This document shows positions 60,570-64,000 of a stretch of DNA of 64,000 nt, one piece after another. The position numbers were made by a program, and so were the translations under genes. The number at the start of each line of letters is the position of its first letter. The first letter of the stretch is position 1. Below the pieces are notes generated by a model, which was not told the origin of the DNA, did not search any database, and was given only the letters and a program-made list of their open reading frames with translations. The stretch comes from an uncultured PS1 clade bacterium (GTDB taxonomy: Bacteria > Pseudomonadota > Alphaproteobacteria > MED-G09): assembly GCA_902533755.1 (NCBI GenBank), contig CACANC010000004.1:660-64659 (forward strand). Reading direction: 5' to 3'.

Positions 60570-61997
60570 ATGTCAGACAAAAAAGAATTAGAAAGAATAC
60601 TGGAAGTTCAAAAAAAAGCCCATTTAAGAGATGGCCCTTTATCCCTTGAACAGAGAAAAGAATGGATTGATAGACTTATCAATTCTATTATCGAGTACCA
60701 AGATAAAATTCCAGTTGCAATATCAAAAGACTTTAGCCATAGGAGTGAAACTAGTTCTTTGTTAACTGATGTAGCCTCATCGATAACCTCACTCAAGATT
60801 GCTAAAAATAATATTAAACAATGGATGAGGCCTTCAAAAAGGAGAGTATCACCTGCAATTTTGGGTTTGCTAGGAGCTAAATTAAGAGTTGAATATCAAC
60901 CATTAGGAACAATTGGACTTATAAGTCCATGGAATTTCCCTGTTGTTTTAACTTTTGGACCTTTGGGAAGTATTTTTGCTGCGGGTAATCGTGTAATGAT
61001 AAAGCCATCAGAATTTACTCCAAGAACATCAGAATTAATGAAAAATATGTTTGAAGATAATTTTTCTGAGGAAGAAGTTGCGGTTATAACTGGAGGTCCT
61101 GAAGTAGGTGCAGATTTTTCATCTCTTCCCTTTGATCATCTACTATTTACGGGTGCAACATCAATAGGAAAGCATGTTATGAGAGCAGCTTCAGAGAATC
61201 TTGTTCCTGTAACGCTCGAGTTAGGTGGAAAATCACCAGTTATAATTTCTGATACAAGTAATGTTGAGCAATCTTCAAAAAGGATCATTGCAGGTAAAAC
61301 TATGAATGCTGGTCAAATTTGCCTTGCTCCTGATTATGTATTATTACCAGAAAATAAACTCGATAAATTTATAATGCATGCAAAAGAGACTGTTTCAACT
61401 ATGTTTCCTTCAATAAAAGATAATGATGATTATACCTCTGTAATTAATGAAAGGCATTATTCTAGGCTTAAATCCTATATTGATGAGGCAAAAGATAATG
61501 GATGTGAAGTCATAGAAATTAATCCTGCTGAAGAAGACTTTGAGCAACAGGAGCATTATAAAATTCCTCCAACTTTATTAATTAATCCAGATGATAATTT
61601 GAAAGTGATGCAGGAAGAAATATTTGGACCAATTTTACCAATAAAAACATATAAAGAATTTGGTGAAACAATTGAGTATGTAAATAAAAAAGATAGACCG
61701 CTTGGTTTATATTATTTTGGTAGTAATAATAATGAATTATCAACCGTTTTAAATAAAACAACGTCTGGCGGTGTCACAGTTAACGATGTAATTTTTCATG
61801 TAGCGCAAGATAATGCTCCTTTTGGCGGAGTTGGCCCATCTGGAATGGGTTCATATCATGGTGAGGAGGGGTTTAAGAATTTTTCTCATGCTAAAACTAT
61901 TTTTACTCAAACAAAATTAGATAATGTTATATCTGTATTTAGACCGCCATATGGATCTAAGGCAAGAAAAGCTCTTAAATCTCAAATTAAAGCTTAA
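60570..61997 (+). CDS. NAD(P)-dependent aldehyde dehydrogenase (coniferyl-aldehyde-dehydrogenase-like class)
   Basis: LELGGKSP (catalytic Glu) and NAGQICLAPDY (catalytic Cys). About 475 aa from ATG 60570 (MSDKKELERILE). The upstream in-frame start at 60546 is rejected. Confidence 0.88.
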   Translation: MSDKKELERILEVQKKAHLRDGPLSLEQRKEWIDRLINSIIEYQDKIPVAISKDFSHRSETSSLLTDVASSITSLKIAKNNIKQWMRPSKRRVSPAILGLLGAKLRVEYQPLGTIGLISPWNFPVVLTFGPLGSIFAAGNRVMIKPSEFTPRTSELMKNMFEDNFSEEEVAVITGGPEVGADFSSLPFDHLLFTGATSIGKHVMRAASENLVPVTLELGGKSPVIISDTSNVEQSSKRIIAGKTMNAGQICLAPDYVLLPENKLDKFIMHAKETVSTMFPSIKDNDDYTSVINERHYSRLKSYIDEAKDNGCEVIEINPAEEDFEQQEHYKIPPTLLINPDDNLKVMQEEIFGPILPIKTYKEFGETIEYVNKKDRPLGLYYFGSNNNELSTVLNKTTSGGVTVNDVIFHVAQDNAPFGGVGPSGMGSYHGEEGFKNFSHAKTIFTQTKLDNVISVFRPPYGSKARKALKSQIKA

Positions 61998-62006
61998 AAT
62001 AAAAAT

Positions 62007-62762
62007 ATGCCTAAGATAGACAGAAACGGAGTCGATATTAATTATGAAGTTTATGGAAGCGGTTCTCCGCTTTTTTTAACACACGGTTTCTCAGCAACTT
62101 CTAAAATGTGGGATGATCAAATTGAAGCATTAAGTAAATATTTTACTCTAATAGTTTGGGATATGAGAGGGCATGGACAAAGTGACTATCCTGATGATGA
62201 AAAATTATATAATGAGGAAGAAACAATTGAGGATATAAGAGCAATTTTATTCGATTTAAAAATTGATAAAGTTAATATTGGGGGTATGTCTTTAGGAGGA
62301 TATATGTCTCTAGCTTTCTATTATAAATATCCAGAAATGGTCGATTCTTTATTAATAATTGATACTGGACCTGGCTTTAAAAATGCTGAAGCAAGAGAAG
62401 GTTGGAATAATTATGCCTTAAAGCAAGCAAAAAAATTCGACGAAGTTGGTTTAGATAGTTTAATTGGTAAAAGCAAGGAGATGAATCCTCTTAATCATAG
62501 AAACGCTAAAGGATTGGTTCATGCTGCAAAAGGGATGCTAATTCAAAAAGATGATAGAATAATCAATGAACTTCCTAATATAAAGGTGCCATCATTAATT
62601 GTCGTAGGCGAACATGATAAACCATTTCTTGCTGCAGCAGACTATATGGAGAAAAAGATTAAAAACTCAATAAAAATTATCATAAAGGATGCTGGTCACG
62701 CTGTTAATATTGATCAACCAGATATTTTCAATGATGAGATAAAAAGGTTTTTATTACCGTAA
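62007..62762 (+). CDS. Alpha/beta hydrolase
   Basis: 251 aa. HGF oxyanion region (LTHGFSA), nucleophile elbow GMSLGG, C-terminal GHAVN His. Substrate unknown. Confidence 0.75.
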   Translation: MPKIDRNGVDINYEVYGSGSPLFLTHGFSATSKMWDDQIEALSKYFTLIVWDMRGHGQSDYPDDEKLYNEEETIEDIRAILFDLKIDKVNIGGMSLGGYMSLAFYYKYPEMVDSLLIIDTGPGFKNAEAREGWNNYALKQAKKFDEVGLDSLIGKSKEMNPLNHRNAKGLVHAAKGMLIQKDDRIINELPNIKVPSLIVVGEHDKPFLAAADYMEKKIKNSIKIIIKDAGHAVNIDQPDIFNDEIKRFLLP

Positions 62763-62878
62763 TTTTTTCGCCGAAAACCTTGGAAAAAAGTTATTTATTC
62801 CTATATATAATCATGTAATCAAAGCGTGAATCGGTTATAAATTTCTTAAATTTATAATTCTTTATATGGAGAGGTTAA

Positions 62879-63244
62879 ATGCATTCCATTTTGAACGACT
62901 ACCTTCCAATATTAATTTTTATGTCATTAGCTGCTTTTGTTGTTATAGCTTTGACATTGCCTCCTATATTATTTGCTCCAAAAAACCCTGATAAAGAGAA
63001 ATTATCTCAGTACGAATGTGGTTTCGAACCTTTTGATGATGCAAGAACTAAATTTGATATTAGATTTTACTTAGTTGCTATTCTTTTTATAATTTTTGAT
63101 CTAGAGGTCGCGTTTTTATTTCCTTGGGCAGTAGTTTTTGGTGATATAGGTATTTTTGGTTTTGTATCTATGATGGTTTTTCTTGGAGTGCTTACTATTG
63201 GTTTCATTTATGAATGGAAAAAAGGTGCTTTGGAATGGGATTAA
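62879..63244 (+). CDS. nuoA: NADH-quinone oxidoreductase subunit A
   Basis: 121 aa, 3 TM helices. YECGFEPF and [14 protein letters not shown] motifs. Confidence 0.95.
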   Translation: MHSILNDYLPILIFMSLAAFVVIALTLPPILFAPKNPDKEKLSQYECGFEPFDDARTKFDIRFYLVAILFIIFDLEVAFLFPWAVVFGDIGIFGFVSMMVFLGVLTIGFIYEWKKGALEWD

Positions 63245-63741
63245 TGGAAAACAAAGATATAAAAAAATTATCAACAGAAATTGATAATAAAGGTTTTTTT
63301 GTTACTTCTACAGAGGCCCTTATAAATTGGGCAAGAACCGGTTCACTTCATTGGATGACATTTGGTCTTGCTTGTTGTGCGATTGAGATGTTTCAGACAA
63401 ATGGCCCCCGTTATGACCTTGAAAGATATGGAGCGGCTCCTAGAGGTTCTCCTCGTCAATCAGATGTAATGATCGTTGCCGGAACACTAACAAATAAAAT
63501 GGCTCCAGCAATTAGAAAAGTATATGATCAAATGCCTGAGCCAAGATATGTAATATCTATGGGATCATGTGCTAATGGAGGAGGTTACTATCACTATTCT
63601 TACTCAGTTGTAAGAGGTTGCGATAGAATTTTACCTGTAGACATCTATGTGCCTGGATGCCCGCCTACAGCAGAAGCCTTAATGTATGGAATACTTCAAC
63701 TTCAAAAGAAAATTAGAAGAACAGGAACAATAGAAAGATAG
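63244..63741 (+). CDS. nuoB: NADH-quinone oxidoreductase subunit B
   Basis: N2-cluster Cys motifs [21 protein letters not shown] prefer ATG 63244 (TAATG overlap with the nuoA stop) over the in-frame 63214. Confidence 0.95.
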   Translation: MENKDIKKLSTEIDNKGFFVTSTEALINWARTGSLHWMTFGLACCAIEMFQTNGPRYDLERYGAAPRGSPRQSDVMIVAGTLTNKMAPAIRKVYDQMPEPRYVISMGSCANGGGYYHYSYSVVRGCDRILPVDIYVPGCPPTAEALMYGILQLQKKIRRTGTIER

Positions 63742-63750
63742 AGAAAACTT

Positions 63751-64000
63751 ATGAAAAAATTCAAAATGCCTGAAACTCTATCTCAAGAAATTAATAATTT
63801 TGAGTTACTTAACTCCTTTATTCTAAAAAGAGAGATATTTGATAAAAATTTGATTATTCTTGTTGATCAATCAAACTTAATCAATGTCTTTAAAATTTTA
63901 AAAGATGAACAAGATTTTGCTTTTACACAGCTGACTGATTTATGTGGAGTAGATCTTCCTCACGAAGAAATTAGATTCCAAGTTGTATATAATCTGTTGT
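63751..64000 (+). CDS. nuoC: NADH-quinone oxidoreductase subunit C, N-terminal part (runs off the right edge)
   Basis: Hand translation: MKKFKMPETLSQEINNFELL...FKILKDEQDFAFTQLTDLCGVDLPHEEIRFQVVYNLL. The FxxLxDLCGVD and RFxVVYxLL motifs are typical of NuoC. Follows nuoB. Confidence 0.88.
   Translation, partial: MKKFKMPETLSQEINNFELLNSFILKREIFDKNLIILVDQSNLINVFKILKDEQDFAFTQLTDLCGVDLPHEEIRFQVVYNLL

Noticed and set aside
62837-62855. Perfect palindrome ATAAATTT-CTT-AAATTTAT upstream of nuoA
   Set aside because: Pure A/T palindromes of this size are expected frequently in ~30% GC DNA. There is no supporting context.
60424-62878. Possible integrative island at tRNA-Asp
   Set aside because: There is no integrase or recombinase, no direct repeat of the tRNA 3' end at the distal border, and only two metabolic genes. 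It is kept only as a low-interest synteny note.

Overview
This is a visibly AT-rich, very gene-dense chromosomal segment. I estimate roughly 30% GC by eye and did not compute it. It looks like a streamlined alphaproteobacterium, Pelagibacterales/SAR11-like. That taxon call is an inference from protein content, compaction and alphaproteobacterial synteny.

I can support about 70 protein genes, 3 tRNAs, 2 clear intrinsic terminators and a few regulatory sites. Almost everything is core housekeeping, arranged in classical conserved blocks:
- cvpA-purF and mlaFE
- dnaB and rpsF-rpsR-rplI
- fabD-fabG-acpP-fabF and gmk
- lptD-surA-pdxA-rsmA, with lptFG divergent from pepA-holC-ndk
- purMN, pgsA-like gene and hdaA
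- rnd, aspS, NDUFA12-like gene and mlaD
- aroQ-accB-accC, dsbA-like gene, M48/TPR protease, rne, amiC and prfB
- bcp, an AsmA-like gene and tyrS
- Rrf2 regulator followed by sufBCDS-sufT-sufA
- parE and glnB-glnII
- thiolase-like gene, histidine phosphatase, nnr and a GNAT gene
- tRNA-Leu-tig-clpP-clpX-lon-hupB-tRNA-Val-tRNA-Asp
- aldehyde dehydrogenase and a hydrolase, then nuoABC

I found no mobile elements, integrases, CRISPR arrays, toxin-antitoxin or defence-like cassettes, and no block of unknown genes. I therefore do not claim a novel multi-gene system here.

The points most worth a second look are:
- a glnB-glnII (PII plus type II glutamine synthetase) operon behind a near-consensus sigma-54 -24/-12 element
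- an mlaF gene split by one extra base in an A7 run
- the prfB programmed +1 frameshift, which the ORF track misses
- a thiolase-like protein that lacks the thiolase nucleophile motif and carries an extra C-terminal domain
- a perfect palindrome over the -35 of the Rrf2/suf promoter
- matching sigma-32-like promoters in front of clpP and lon
- a half-size AsmA/YhdP-like protein
- three convergent gene pairs whose stop codons physically overlap
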